Assembly: GCA_963728915.1 (NCBI GenBank) | Contig: CAVSLV010000001.1 | Location: forward strand, 832,001 to 896,000 | DNA from: an uncultured Gemmatimonadales bacterium | GTDB taxonomy: Bacteria > Gemmatimonadota > Gemmatimonadetes > Gemmatimonadales > GWC2-71-9 | Length of the DNA: 64,000 nt | Direction: 5' to 3' | Part shown: piece after piece, positions 1 to 10,236 of the stretch | How positions within the stretch are numbered: position 1 is the stretch's first letter | How the letters are laid out: the number at the start of each line of letters is the position of its first letter | Made by a program: the position numbers and the translations under genes | Notes under the pieces: generated by a model | Told to the model about the DNA's origin: nothing | Database searches by the model: none | Seen by the model: only the letters and a program-made list of their open reading frames with translations

Positions 1-421
1 ACACCAGGGAGCCGGTGTGGGGAGGAGTCTCCTGCCGAATTGCGAACGGGTCGGCCTTGTCCACTTCGTATCCGTCGTGCTTGGAACGGATCCGGTACTT
101 GTACACGGTGCCTCGAGCCAGCGCCGGGATGAACCCTTCCCAGATACCCGAATGCTCCCTGGCCTTGAGGGGATGACTCTCCCGCTGCCAGCCATTGAAG
201 TCACCGATCACCGTAATCGACTCGGCATTGGGCGCCCAGACACCGAATCCAACGCCCGGCGTACCGTCGGGAGCGGTCACTCGGTGGGATCCCAGCTTCA
301 TGAACAGCCGGTCGTGGGTGCCTTCATTGAAGAAATGGAGGTCCCGCTCGCCGATCAGACTGACGTCGTAGCGCATGGCGCCCGTTTCCGGCTCCACCGG
401 CTTTGACTTGACCTGCCTCAT
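1..421 (-). CDS. glgB: 1,4-alpha-glucan branching enzyme, N-terminal part (runs off window start)
   Basis: Manual translation of the - strand gives MRYDVSLIGERDLHFFNEGTHDRLFMKLGSH...FGVWAPNAESITVIGDFNGW...GIWEGFIP...YKYRI...KADPFA, typical of the GlgB N-terminus/CBM48. In-frame ATG at 421 overlaps the upstream stop (ATGA); alternative ATG at 376. Confidence 0.9.
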   Translation of the reverse strand, partial: MRQVKSKPVEPETGAMRYDVSLIGERDLHFFNEGTHDRLFMKLGSHRVTAPDGTPGVGFGVWAPNAESITVIGDFNGWQRESHPLKAREHSGIWEGFIPALARGTVYKYRIRSKHDGYEVDKADPFAIRQETPPHTGSLV

Positions 422-2074
422 GGCATCACCTCGACGACTTCCGCGATTCCCCGCAGCGGCAGCCATACCCAATCGGGTCGATTGTTGATTTCATATCCGA
501 GCTCATACACCGCCTTGTCGAGCAGGTACACGGATAGAAGCAGCTGAAGCTCCGACTGGCTCGGAGGCAGGAATGGGGCCTGGTCCGCGGCATCCAGGTA
601 CGCTGCCACGAACCCGGTGGACACTCGATGAAACCAGAGCTCGGCCCAGCGTTCCAGATCCGGCCGCGGGGCTGGTGGTACGCGCTGCGCCGTGAGCACC
701 GCGCTGAGCCCGTGGTGGGCAGCGTAGTGGAAGGACCGGATCATTCCCGCGACATCACGCAGCGGATCGCCCTTCCTCCTCCGCTCGGCCAGCGACCGTG
801 CCGGCTCCCCTTCGAAATCGATGATCGCGAAGTCTTCGCCGGTCCAGAGGACCTGGCCGAGGTGATAGTCCCCATGGTGCCGGATCCGCAGTGCCGGAGT
901 GGTTCCCCTCATGGCGGACCGGACCTGCTCGAGCATCTGTTCGCGGCGCGCGATCACGGCCTCGGCCTGGCGCCGCACCGGGGGAGCAAGGTCGGGGAGG
1001 CATTCGCCGAGCAAGGCGAACACCTCGCCTGTCAACGACTCGAAGCGTTGGCAGAATCGCTGTTGATCCGCCGGCGTGGACCGCTCCGGCGCAAAGCTGG
1101 GGTCATCCGAATGGGACGCCAGGGCGCGATGCAACTCCGCGGTCCGGCGTCCCAGGAGGCCAGCCATCTCGAAGTACTCGCCGATCAGCCTGCGCTCATC
1201 TGCGGTTGGGGATTGCGGGAGCGGGAAATCGGGCGATCCCGATCCCGGGCCGGTGTCGATCCGGGGCGGCGGTCGGGACCGGATCCGCTCGTAAAAGAGC
1301 TCGAGGCGCTCCAGGGTGTAGTTCCAGGCGTCGCCCTGGTTGGCCACCAGACCCTGCAGGAGCCCAACGGTCATCGGTTCTCCGTCACCGGCGCGATAGA
1401 GCAGGGAGCCCAGGGCCGGGGGAACATGAGAGAACGAGGTGCGCTCGGTGAGAAAGGCCCCGATTTCGAGATCCGGGTTGACCCCGGATTCCACCTTGCG
1501 GAACAACTTGAGCATCAGGCGGTCGCCGAAACGGAGCGAGGTGTTGCTCTGCTCCCCACTGGATCGAACCGGAGGAGGCAACCTGGAGAGCGATCCCGTC
1601 GCTTCATGGAACGCCGACGTGTGGGTGGCCTCGAGACTGCCCGTGAGTCCTGGGAGCGTGTGATTCGCCGCGATGGCATCAAGCAACGCGCTGCCGAAGG
1701 TCGCCTCCCAGGTCGCCCCGTACAGAACCCCGATTCTCTCCGCCACCTGCATGGGCGCGACGACAGCGGGCGAGCGCTCGGCGAGCATCCGCTCCGCCTG
1801 TTCCCCGCTGGCAAACGCCAGGTTGAGCTGGTAGATCTCGGCTGGACTCCCCCGGTATTCCACTCGCACCAGGCAGAGACAGGCTTGGCTCTCTCCGGAG
1901 GGAATTGGCACGGCATCGACGATCCGGACCGATCCGATCTGCCGCGCTTTTCCTCCGAACCAGCGGCGGGTTCGCAGGAAAGCCGGGAGGCACTCCTCCA
2001 GGGCATCCCTGGCGGGCGCCGCAAAGATCGAAACCCATTCCGGGGACGTCGCGATCAGCGTCGTCGTCGCTCAC
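418..2074 (-). CDS. Maltokinase (Mak/Pep2; TreS C-terminal-like), apparent frameshift near 2040-2045
   Basis: EQSNTS, KLFRK, NPDLEIG, RHHGDYHLGQVL, IIDFEGEP and DVAGMIRSF motifs. The frame of ORF 418..1911 extends upstream as WVSIFAAPARDALEECLPAFLRTRRWFGGKAR but joins the GTG at 2074 only if one base in CCCCGG (~2040-2045) is removed. Confidence 0.85.
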
Positions 2075-2082
2075 CTCTCGCG

Positions 2083-4075
2083 CTAGAGGTAGTAGTCAAA
2101 GTCTCTTTCGGTGCGAAGCCGCCGCCGCAACTGGAAGATGTGCGCCGGCATGCTGGCTGGGTCGAGGGCGACATAGTTCCGGGCGCCCTGCCACACGAAG
2201 CGCGCACCGGTCAGAAGGTCATGGACCTGATAGGGCTGGTGGGGATCCAGGCCAAAACGCTCGAGCGGCAGGGTGAGCCAGCCTGAATGCGCATGATGCG
2301 GATCCAGATTGACGACCGCGAGCACCTGGTTCGAGCGATCCGCCGTGGTCTTGCTGTAGGCGATGAGCTGCTCATTGTCCACCACGTGGAAGGCGAGCGA
2401 TTCATTCCGGTGGAGCGCGGGGTTCTCTCGACGGATCCGATTCACCCTCGCAATCAGGTCCTTGAGGCTGTCCTTCCTGTCCAGCTCCCAGTGCCGGAGC
2501 TCGTATTTCTCCGAGGCCAGGTACTCCTCGCTTCCCGGCTCGCGGGCCCGGTTCTCCTGCAGCTCGAAGGCGGGTCCATAGATGCCGTAGCTCGAGGCGA
2601 GGGTCGCCGCGAGAACGAGTCTCGCGGCGAAGGCGCCACGCCCGCCGAACTGCAGCGCCTCGGTCAGGATGTCGGGCGTATTGGGCCAGAAGTTGGGGCG
2701 AAAGAAATCCCGCACCGGAGCCGCGGTCAGCTCGGTCAGGTACTCGGTCAGCTCCTCCTTGGAATTCCGCCAGGCGAAGTACGTATAGGACTGGGAGAAG
2801 CCGAGCTTGGCCAGCTGATACATCACCTTGGGCCGGGTGAACGCCTCGGAGAGAAAGATCACCTCCGGGTGGTCGCGACGGACCTGGCCGATCACCCATT
2901 CCCAGAACGCAAACGGCTTGGTGTGAGGGTTGTCGACCCGAAACATCCGCACGCCCTGAGCGACCCAGTACAGGATGACCTCCTTCAGCTCATCCCACAG
3001 GGCCTGCCAATCCCCGGGCTTCGAAATAGAGGGGGAAGATGTCCTGGTATTTTTTGGGTGGATTCTCGGCGTATTGAATGGTGCCGTCGGGACGCCGCCG
3101 GAACCACTCGGGATGCTCCCGCACCCAGGGGTGATCGGGTGAACACTGGTAGGCGAGGTCGAGAGCCAGCTCGAGGCCGTGCTCTCGTGCCTTCCCGAGC
3201 AGACAGCGGAAATCGTCGAGGGTGCCAAGGCTGGGGTGAATCGCGGTGTGCCCCCCTTCGCTGGCGCCGATCGCCCACGGGCTGCCCACGTCTTCCGGCG
3301 TCGCGATCGGATCGTTGTTGCGGCCCTTCCGATGGGTGTGTCCGATGGGGTGAACAGGGGGCAGATAGAGAACGTCGAACCCCATTGCCGCCACGTAGGG
3401 AAGACGGGCAATACAGTCCTTGAGCGTTCCATGTTTTCCAGGCTCGCTCGAGGCGGATCGTGGAAACATCTCGTACCACGCGCTGAACCGGGCCCGTTCC
3501 CGCTCGACCAGAATCTGCACCTCCCGCGGATAGCGGGTGGCGGTGGTTCGGTCGGGCCAGCGATCGACCAGGTCCGCCAGCTCCGGAGAGAGCGCCGGGG
3601 AGAACCGCTCGTCTCCTTCTTCCCCGGACGCCCGTTCCAGATTCGTGGCCCATTGCTCCAGTTGCCGAGCATCCGTCCCGCTGGCGCGGTCCACCGCCCT
3701 GGCCACCAGCTCGGCGCCGATCCGAAGGTCCATACCCGTGGCGGCGCTGGAAGCGACGCGCTTCCGAAGGTCACGGAGCCAGGTCCGGAACGGGTCGACC
3801 CAGGCTTCGATGGTGTACTGATAGGACTCCAGCGTCTCAATCAGAAATTCCGCGCGCCAGAGGTCGTTGGGGAGGGGCTCCATCGAGACCTCCTGCCACT
3901 CGACGGTGCCGGCCTTTCGGAAGACAAGGACGGCTCGAACCACATCGTGGCCCTCGGCGAAGACATCGGCGGTGACGACCACCCGATCTCCGACAATCGC
4001 CTTCGAAGGGAAACGCCCGCAATCCACCTCGGGGCGAACCCGCTCAATGACGACGCGCGAAGGAGCCCTGTCCAT
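2083..4075 (-). CDS. glgE: Alpha-1,4-glucan:maltose-1-phosphate maltosyltransferase, split by an apparent frameshift at ~3012-3018
   Basis: N-half (ORF 2990..4090) has WYEMFPRS, YLPPVHPIG, SPWAIG and ENPPKKYQDI; C-half (ORF 2083..3840 frame) has FRVDNPHTKP, FLSEAFTRP and FWPNTPDIL. ATG at 4075 preceded by AGGA. Confidence 0.9.
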
Positions 4076-4112
4076 TTCGTATCCTAGCACATGTCACACC
4101 TGAGGCAACACC

Positions 4113-4128
4113 CGACCCTGCAGGGTCG
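4113..4128. other. Perfect 16-bp palindrome CGACCCTGCAGGGTCG between treZ and glgE
   Basis: Read directly from the sequence. Function unknown (RNA hairpin or operator). Confidence 0.4.
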
Positions 4129-4136
4129 ACGGCCGA

Positions 4137-5966
4137 TCAGCAGAGGAAAATGAGGGCTCCAGGACGCGCGAACTCCAGAACGGCGCCGGTCGTTGCGTGG
4201 AGAAGGTGGATTGGATGGGGGTTGGCCGTGAATTCAGAATCCTCCGTGGAGAGAGAAATCCGCCAGCTCGCAGCCGCTCCGCCAGAGGCCGGAAGCGCCA
4301 TTGGACCGGCTCCTCGCAGTCGCACGACCACCAGGGCCTCGCGACCACCCAGGATGTAGCGGAGGATGAGGCCGTCCTCTTCCAGGGGCTCGATCACAGC
4401 ATCGCGACCGGGACTGTCGCGGAAGAGCGGGTCCTCCCGTCGCAACCGGAGCAGGGCGCGGTGCAGATGGAGCACGCCCCGGTGCGGCAGGTCGGACCGA
4501 TATCCCCAGTCGAGGCGACACCGCTCGAACGTCTCGGGATCCTGCGGGTCGGGCGCGGCATCCGTGGTGATCCCGGCGATGTGCTGAAGATCGCGCCCCC
4601 GCCCCTCGGTCACCCGGCGGCCCAGCTCCGGTTCGTGATCGGTGAAATAGAGGAACGGCTCGGGAGCTGCCCACTCTTCTCCCATGAACAGCAGGGGGCT
4701 CTCCGGCGCGGTGAGCAGCAGAACGGTCGCGGCCCGAAAGGCCGCCGGATCAACCAGGTGATTGAGTCGTTCCCCAAGGGCCCGGTTACCCACCTGATCG
4801 TGGTTCTGCAGGAAGTTGACGAATCTCCGCGCAGGCATGCCAGCCGGATCGGTTCCCCGGAGACCTCCATAGTGTTCGGAATGCTGCCCTTGAAAGAGCC
4901 AGCCATCCCGGATCGCGGTTGCCAGGTCGGCCACCTGACCGGTGAAATCCCGGTAGTAGCCGCCTCGCTCCTCGGTGACGATGCGATGGACTTCATGGTG
5001 GAAGTCATCGCTCCAGACCGCATCCAGCCCATAACCGCCCTCCGCCGGTGATTTCACCAGGGCGGCCAGGTTCCGGTGATCCTCCGCCACCAGGAGCACG
5101 GGACGCTCAACTCCGCTGCGAATGCTCGACTCGAGCTCGGCCAGGAAATGACGGGGGCTTTCATCGACGAGGGCATGGGTTGCGTCGAGACGAAGGCCGT
5201 CAAGGTGGTACTCGGTGATCCACCGAAGGGCGTTTTCGATCAGAAAGTCCCGCACCGGCGCGCTTCGGGGGCCATCGAGATTCAAGGCAGGCCCCCACGG
5301 AGTCCGGTGCCGCGCGGAGAAGTAGTCGGGAGTGAACCGGCTCCAGTATGCTCCATCCGGCCCGACGTGGTTGTAAACCACGTCGAGCAGCACCGCGAGG
5401 CCGAGCCGATGTGACTCGTTCACCAGGCGGGCCAAGTCCTCGGGCCGGCCGTAGCGGTGCGCCGGAGCGAAGAGGTCGACGCCGTCGTAACCCCAGTTCC
5501 ATCGCCCCGGAAACTCGGCGACCGGCATGAGCTCGATTGCGGTGACCCCGAGGTCCACCAGCTCGCTGAGCTTGTCGGTCACGCCGGCGAACGTGCCCCT
5601 GGGAGTGAAGGTCCCGACGTGCAGCTCATACGTGACCAGACGCTCGAGCGGGACGCCCTGCCAGGCCTCGTCAGTCCAGCGAAGACTCGCCGGATCGACA
5701 ACTTCGGACGGGCCGTGCACCCCGGCGGGTTGGAATCGGCTTGCAGGATCGGGAAACGGCCCCGCGCCGTCGAGTCGGAAGCGGTAGAGATCGCCAGGGC
5801 TGGACCCCTCGGCAAAACAGCCGAAAAATCCGCCCGCCTGCGGGCGCATCGCGAGGATAGCGCCGTGTGGGGGATTCTCGAGGCAGACCTCGACCGTCGT
5901 GCAGGCGGGCGCCCACACCACAAAACTCACCCCGCCCGGCAGGCACGACGCACCGATCCGTCGCGT
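4137..5966 (-). CDS. treZ: Malto-oligosyltrehalose trehalohydrolase
   Basis: FVVWAP, PDPASRFQPAGVHGPS, YELHVGTFT, NWGYDGV, GLRLDATH, VWSDDFHH and LQNHDQVGNR (GH13). First standard start codon is GTG 5930; similarity extends to an SD-preceded ACG at 5966. Confidence 0.92.
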   Translation of the reverse strand, partial: TRRIGASCLPGGVSFVVWAPACTTVEVCLENPPHGAILAMRPQAGGFFGCFAEGSSPGDLYRFRLDGAGPFPDPASRFQPAGVHGPSEVVDPASLRWTDEAWQGVPLERLVTYELHVGTFTPRGTFAGVTDKLSELVDLGVTAIELMPVAEFPGRWNWGYDGVDLFAPAHRYGRPEDLARLVNESHRLGLAVLLDVVYNHVGPDGAYWSRFTPDYFSARHRTPWGPALNLDGPRSAPVRDFLIENALRWITEYHLDGLRLDATHALVDESPRHFLAELESSIRSGVERPVLLVAEDHRNLAALVKSPAEGGYGLDAVWSDDFHHEVHRIVTEERGGYYRDFTGQVADLATAIRDGWLFQGQHSEHYGGLRGTDPAGMPARRFVNFLQNHDQVGNRALGERLNHLVDPAAFRAATVLLLTAPESPLLFMGEEWAAPEPFLYFTDHEPELGRRVTEGRGRDLQHIAGITTDAAPDPQDPETFERCRLDWGYRSDLPHRGVLHLHRALLRLRREDPLFRDSPGRDAVIEPLEEDGLILRYILGGREALVVVRLRGAGPMALPASGGAAASWRISLSTEDSEFTANPHPIHLLHATTGAVLEFARPGALIFLC

Positions 5967-6006
5967 GGCTCCTCCAGGTCAGGAGACCGTAAGGGTGAGC
6001 CCGGAG

Positions 6007-6633
6007 TCACACCCATTCGCGTTTCGGCGCCGGATCGACCCGAAGGCCCGACCATACCACCCGGTGAAACAGGTCGTCCATCTCCGCTGGACTCGCGTGC
6101 AATCCTTCCTCGACCCACCGGCTGAGCCAACTGATGATCATGCCGGCGTATCCGACCGAGATCGCCTCCCGCTCGGCGGGGGTGAGCGCCCCGTGGCTCA
6201 GGGTGGTGAGCCGGCCCTCGATGCCTCGCGCGAAATGCTCGCGGGCGAGGGCCATGTTCTGGTGGAACAGATCGGACGCACGAAGTCGAGCGACGAAGTC
6301 CTTCATCTGTGCGACGTGCTCGAAAAACTCCCGAACCGGAAAGACCCGGTTGGACCGGTCTCCCTGCGCCGTCAGGGCGTGGGCCAGGCCGTGGAAGAAC
6401 TCGCCAGCGTCGCTGGCAAAGAGGTCCTCCTTGTCCCGGAAATGATGATAGAAGGTGGACCGGCTCACTCCGGCTCGATCGAGCACGTCCTGCACCGTGA
6501 TGTCGTCGAACCGCTTCTCCTGCATGAGGGCGATCAAGGCATCGCCCAGGGCGTCGCGACTCCGGCGCGCCCGGGCGTCCAGGCGACCCTTGTCCGGAAA
6601 GACGCGCACCGGGACGGCTCGATTTCCTGACAT
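6007..6633 (-). CDS. TetR/AcrR family transcriptional regulator
   Basis: HTH ITVQDVLDRAGVSRSTFYHHFRDKEDL; ATG at 6633. Confidence 0.9.
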   Translation of the reverse strand: MSGNRAVPVRVFPDKGRLDARARRSRDALGDALIALMQEKRFDDITVQDVLDRAGVSRSTFYHHFRDKEDLFASDAGEFFHGLAHALTAQGDRSNRVFPVREFFEHVAQMKDFVARLRASDLFHQNMALAREHFARGIEGRLTTLSHGALTPAEREAISVGYAGMIISWLSRWVEEGLHASPAEMDDLFHRVVWSGLRVDPAPKREWV

Positions 6634-6655
6634 CAAAGGCCCTTTTGTTCGAGAA
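6624..6655. promoter_or_regulatory. Imperfect inverted repeat over the tetR start codon, candidate TetR operator
   Basis: TTCCTGACA-TC-AAAGGCCCTTT-TGTTCGAGAA: inner AAAGG/CCTTT palindrome with imperfect outer arms, in a divergent intergenic region. Confidence 0.35.
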
Positions 6656-6734
6656 CTCCGGGTATTCGTGGCGGGATGCTGGCCAACGTGCCCGGAGCAG
6701 AATAATCTGATCCACTCTCTCTCAAAGGATTCCC

Positions 6735-7142
6735 GTGCCGGCAGGAACGTCTTCGGGCCTCGTAGCCTTGCTGCTCCTCGCTTCGGGCCTCGCGGGACCC
6801 GCTGCTCCTCGCTCGAGCTCGGTCGCAGATCCGATCTCGGGAACCTGGGATGTCACCTTCCACGTGGAGGGATACCCCCCGACCCCCGCGACGTTCGAGC
6901 TCAAGTTGAACCGAACCAGACTGACGGGCACCATTCAGTCCGAGCATACCGGATCGGGAGATGTCACTGAAGGGTCCTGGGAACGCGGCAAGCTTTCCTT
7001 CGTGGCGGTCTTCAAGAACCACGAGTCCATCGCCGTCACGGGGACGCTCGCGGACGGGAACCTTGCGGGGGAGTTTACCACCGAGGGATTCACGGCCAAG
7101 TGGGAGGCGGTCAAGCGCCCCAAGGCATCTACTCGCCCCTGA
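6735..7142 (+). CDS. Small secreted hypothetical protein (predicted beta-rich)
   Basis: Hydrophobic signal-like N-terminus (LVALLLLASGLAGPAA), then DPISGTWDVTF...LTGT. AAAGGA upstream of GTG. Confidence 0.7.
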   Translation: MPAGTSSGLVALLLLASGLAGPAAPRSSSVADPISGTWDVTFHVEGYPPTPATFELKLNRTRLTGTIQSEHTGSGDVTEGSWERGKLSFVAVFKNHESIAVTGTLADGNLAGEFTTEGFTAKWEAVKRPKASTRP

Positions 7143-9753
7143 GCACCTGCACCGGGTCGATCCGGGTGGCCCGATGGGCCGGGATCCAGCTCGCCGCAAT
7201 AGAAACCACCACCACCAGACCGGCCGTCGCCAGGATGGTGATTGGGTCGGTCGGTGAGACCTGAAACAACAAGGAACCGAGGAGCCGGGTGGTCAGTAGC
7301 GCTCCCACCGCTCCGATCACCAGGCCGATCGCGATCACGCCGAATCCACCGCGGATCACCAGGCCGAGGACATGGCCATCCGAGGCGCCGACGGCGCGCC
7401 GGACGCCGAACTCCCGCCGGCGCTGCGCCACTGAATAACTCAAGACTCCGTAGAGTCCCACCATGGCGAGCGCCAGCCCCAGGACACCAAGCAGAGTGAG
7501 CAACGCCATCGGGTAGCGGCGCCCGGCCAGGGAATGTCCAATTCGGTCCTCCATGGTGCCGACGTGGAGAAGGGGAAGGCCGCGATCAAGCCCGGCGACC
7601 GTGGTCGAGAGGTCGGGGAGCAGAGTCGGGCGGGATCCCTCATACTTGGCCACGATGGTCAGGTCCTCGGCCGTGCCTTCCTGGTCAGTCGAGAAGTACA
7701 CCAGGGGTCGCGGGGTGGCATCAAGGCTGATGGTATGAACGTCTCCCACCACCCCGACCACAGTGTATGCCGAATCCGGCTCTCGCCAGGCCACCTTGAG
7801 CTGGCGTCCGATGGCCGGTGCCTCTCCTCCCAGCATCCGGGCCAGGGCTTTGTTGACGATGAGCACCCGGTTGCCGCCGCGGCGGTCCCGGCTATCGAAA
7901 GAGCGTCCTTGCAGGAGGGGGATGCCCAGTACGGCGAAGTACCCGCCATCCACCTCGTTGACCTCGGTCACCGGGGCCTGCCCCGGAGCGGGCGGTGGCT
8001 CGCCCACGATCGCGAAACTCGTGGCTGGCTGGATGATCCTGAAGGGCAGAAAGGTCGACAGGCCCACGCGGGTGACCCCAGGGAGACCCTGGATACGGCG
8101 GGCCACTTCGTGGAAGAATGCCTCCCGCTTCTCGAGAGTCGGATAGTCGCGTCCGGGGAGCGCGATCTCGAAACTGATCACCCCGCGGGGATCGATCCCG
8201 GGATCCTGGCGCAGGACCTGGCGCAGGGAACGGATCGCCAGCCCCGCGCCGACCAGCAAGGTGAAGCAGAGCGCGACCTGGGCGACCACCAACCCATTCC
8301 GGAGCGCCCGGGCTCGCGGGTTAGGATCGGCGCCCCCGTGCCCCGCCAGGACCCCCTTGAGCCGGCCTTCCCGGATGACGGCGGCCGGCGCCAGCCCGAA
8401 CACCACTCCCGCCACCGTGGTGAGCAGCGCGGCAACGCCCAGCACCCGAAGATCCAGTCGCACTTCGCCGAGCCGGGGAATCTCGGAAATGCCGGAGCTG
8501 GTGAGCACATGCACCAGCACCGCCGCCAGTCCCACCCCGATTGTGCCACCCAGGAAGGCGAGCAGTAATCCTTCCACCAGCCACTGCCGGAGGACCTGCC
8601 CACGGGAAGCACCCAGCGCGGAACGCAGGGCCAGCTCACCACGACGCGAGATCGCCTGGCCGAGATGGAGATTGGCGACATTGGCGCACGCGACCAGGAG
8701 GACGAATCCGATCGCACCGCCGAGAAGCCAGAGGACCGGGCGCGCGCTCCCGGTCACTTCCTCGGCGAGGGGCAGGGCGCGGACGCTCCACCCGGCGTCA
8801 AAATCGGGAAACTCCTGCTCCAACCCCCTGGCGACGCTTCGCAGGTCGGCGTTGGCGGCATCCAGATCCCCCGCATTGCGGAGGCGCCCGATCGCCATGA
8901 CAAACCGACCCCGGGGGACGCGCGCCTGTGCCCCAATGGGAAACGGCTCCCAGAAGTCCTCGTCGGAGAGGGGCCGGAACCCGGCGGTCATGACACCAAT
9001 GACAACCGCCGGCGACTCCCGGGTGCGGATGGGCTTCCCGATCATCGAGCTGTCGGCATGGAACCGGCGAACCCAGACCGCGTGGCTCAGAAGGATCGCC
9101 ACCGGGGCATTCGGCACCGTGTCCTCCGGTGCGAATCCTCGACCCAAGAACGGCTGGACGCCGATCAGGGAGAGCAGGTTGCTCGTGATCCGCATGCCAC
9201 TCAGCTGTTCGGCGGGCTCGTCGGCCAGCGTCAGGCTGCTCCAGGTGTACAAACCGATATCGGAGAGCACCCGGCCCCGATCCCGCCAGAAGAGCACATT
9301 GGCCGGAGATAGAATATTCTGCCCCTCCGGCTTGGAACTCTTCACCTCCCGCAGCGAAACCAGTCGATCGGCCTCGGGGTAGGGCAGGGGACGCAACAGG
9401 ACCGGATCGAGCACGCTCCACAGCGCAGTGGTCGCCCCGAGACCCAGCGCCAGGGTGAGCGTCGTAGCGATGGCGAAGCCGGGACGGTGCGCAAGGGTGC
9501 GACCGGCATATCGAAGATCGCGGAGTATCCCCTCGAGCCAGCCGAAAGCCCAGACCGAACGCGACTGCTCGCGCAGGTGGGCGTCGTTGCCGAGACGCCG
9601 GCGGGCTTCCCCACGGGCTTCGGGTGGACTTGCCCCTCCGTGGGTCAGGTCTTCCTCCGCCATGGCGCGATGAACCCGAAGCTCCTCCGCCAGCTCCTCT
9701 TCATACCTGCGCCTCCCGAGATACCAGCCAATCCGGCGAAACCATCCGGGCAT
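7129..9753 (-). CDS. ADOP-type duplicated ABC permease (MacB/FtsX-like, no ATPase)
   Basis: N-terminal EELRVH...ARRRLGN prefix, RDLRYAGRTL, TLALGLGA, ACANVANL, RSALGASR, and second repeat RRREFGVRRAVGA. Confidence 0.92.
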   Translation of the reverse strand: MPGWFRRIGWYLGRRRYEEELAEELRVHRAMAEEDLTHGGASPPEARGEARRRLGNDAHLREQSRSVWAFGWLEGILRDLRYAGRTLAHRPGFAIATTLTLALGLGATTALWSVLDPVLLRPLPYPEADRLVSLREVKSSKPEGQNILSPANVLFWRDRGRVLSDIGLYTWSSLTLADEPAEQLSGMRITSNLLSLIGVQPFLGRGFAPEDTVPNAPVAILLSHAVWVRRFHADSSMIGKPIRTRESPAVVIGVMTAGFRPLSDEDFWEPFPIGAQARVPRGRFVMAIGRLRNAGDLDAANADLRSVARGLEQEFPDFDAGWSVRALPLAEEVTGSARPVLWLLGGAIGFVLLVACANVANLHLGQAISRRGELALRSALGASRGQVLRQWLVEGLLLAFLGGTIGVGLAAVLVHVLTSSGISEIPRLGEVRLDLRVLGVAALLTTVAGVVFGLAPAAVIREGRLKGVLAGHGGADPNPRARALRNGLVVAQVALCFTLLVGAGLAIRSLRQVLRQDPGIDPRGVISFEIALPGRDYPTLEKREAFFHEVARRIQGLPGVTRVGLSTFLPFRIIQPATSFAIVGEPPPAPGQAPVTEVNEVDGGYFAVLGIPLLQGRSFDSRDRRGGNRVLIVNKALARMLGGEAPAIGRQLKVAWREPDSAYTVVGVVGDVHTISLDATPRPLVYFSTDQEGTAEDLTIVAKYEGSRPTLLPDLSTTVAGLDRGLPLLHVGTMEDRIGHSLAGRRYPMALLTLLGVLGLALAMVGLYGVLSYSVAQRRREFGVRRAVGASDGHVLGLVIRGGFGVIAIGLVIGAVGALLTTRLLGSLLFQVSPTDPITILATAGLVVVVSIAASWIPAHRATRIDPVQVLRGE

Positions 9754-9763
9754 GGACGCCCCC

Positions 9764-10108
9764 TCAGGCGGGATGCAGGACGCTGCGAAGCGCCGCCACC
9801 ATCTGGTCGAACGCGGACATTTCCTGCTCCAGCTGACGGCGTCCGGCCCGGGTAAGCCGGTAGTAGCGGGCCCGGCGCCGGGTCGGGGTGAGCTTCCACG
9901 CCGCGCTCACGAACCCCCGCACCCGGAGCCGTTGCAGGGCCGGGTAGAGGGATCCCTCCTCGACCCGGAGGGCCTCGGCGGAGAGGCGCTGGATATGCTG
10001 GGCGATGCCGTAGCCGTGCCGGGGCCCGAGCAGCAGCGTCTTGAGAATCAGGAGGTCGAGGGTCCCGGGGAGCAGGTCGACCTTCAGGGAATCGCGTGGT
10101 TCCGCCAT
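9764..10108 (-). CDS. PadR family transcriptional regulator (type associated with ADOP permeases)
   Basis: LLPGTLDLLILKTL...HGYGIAQHI...VEEGSLYPALQRL...RRARYYRLT. Confidence 0.92.
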   Translation of the reverse strand: MAEPRDSLKVDLLPGTLDLLILKTLLLGPRHGYGIAQHIQRLSAEALRVEEGSLYPALQRLRVRGFVSAAWKLTPTRRRARYYRLTRAGRRQLEQEMSAFDQMVAALRSVLHPA

Positions 10109-10118
10109 CCGGGCACAT

Positions 10119-10150
10119 CCATAGTCTATCTATGGGTAGACAACCTATGG
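10119..10150. promoter_or_regulatory. Candidate PadR operator (palindrome)
   Basis: GTCTATCTATGGGTAGAC (10124-10141, 14/18 self-complementary) nested in CCATAG...CTATGG, AT-rich, just upstream of the padR start. Confidence 0.55.
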
Positions 10151-10236
10151 CGGAAGCGGGCGCCGGTCAAGCGGCCGACTGGCGGCGGGCCGCCGGGAGG
10201 GTACATTCGCTGCTCCCTTTCTCCGGATTCCTCGCC

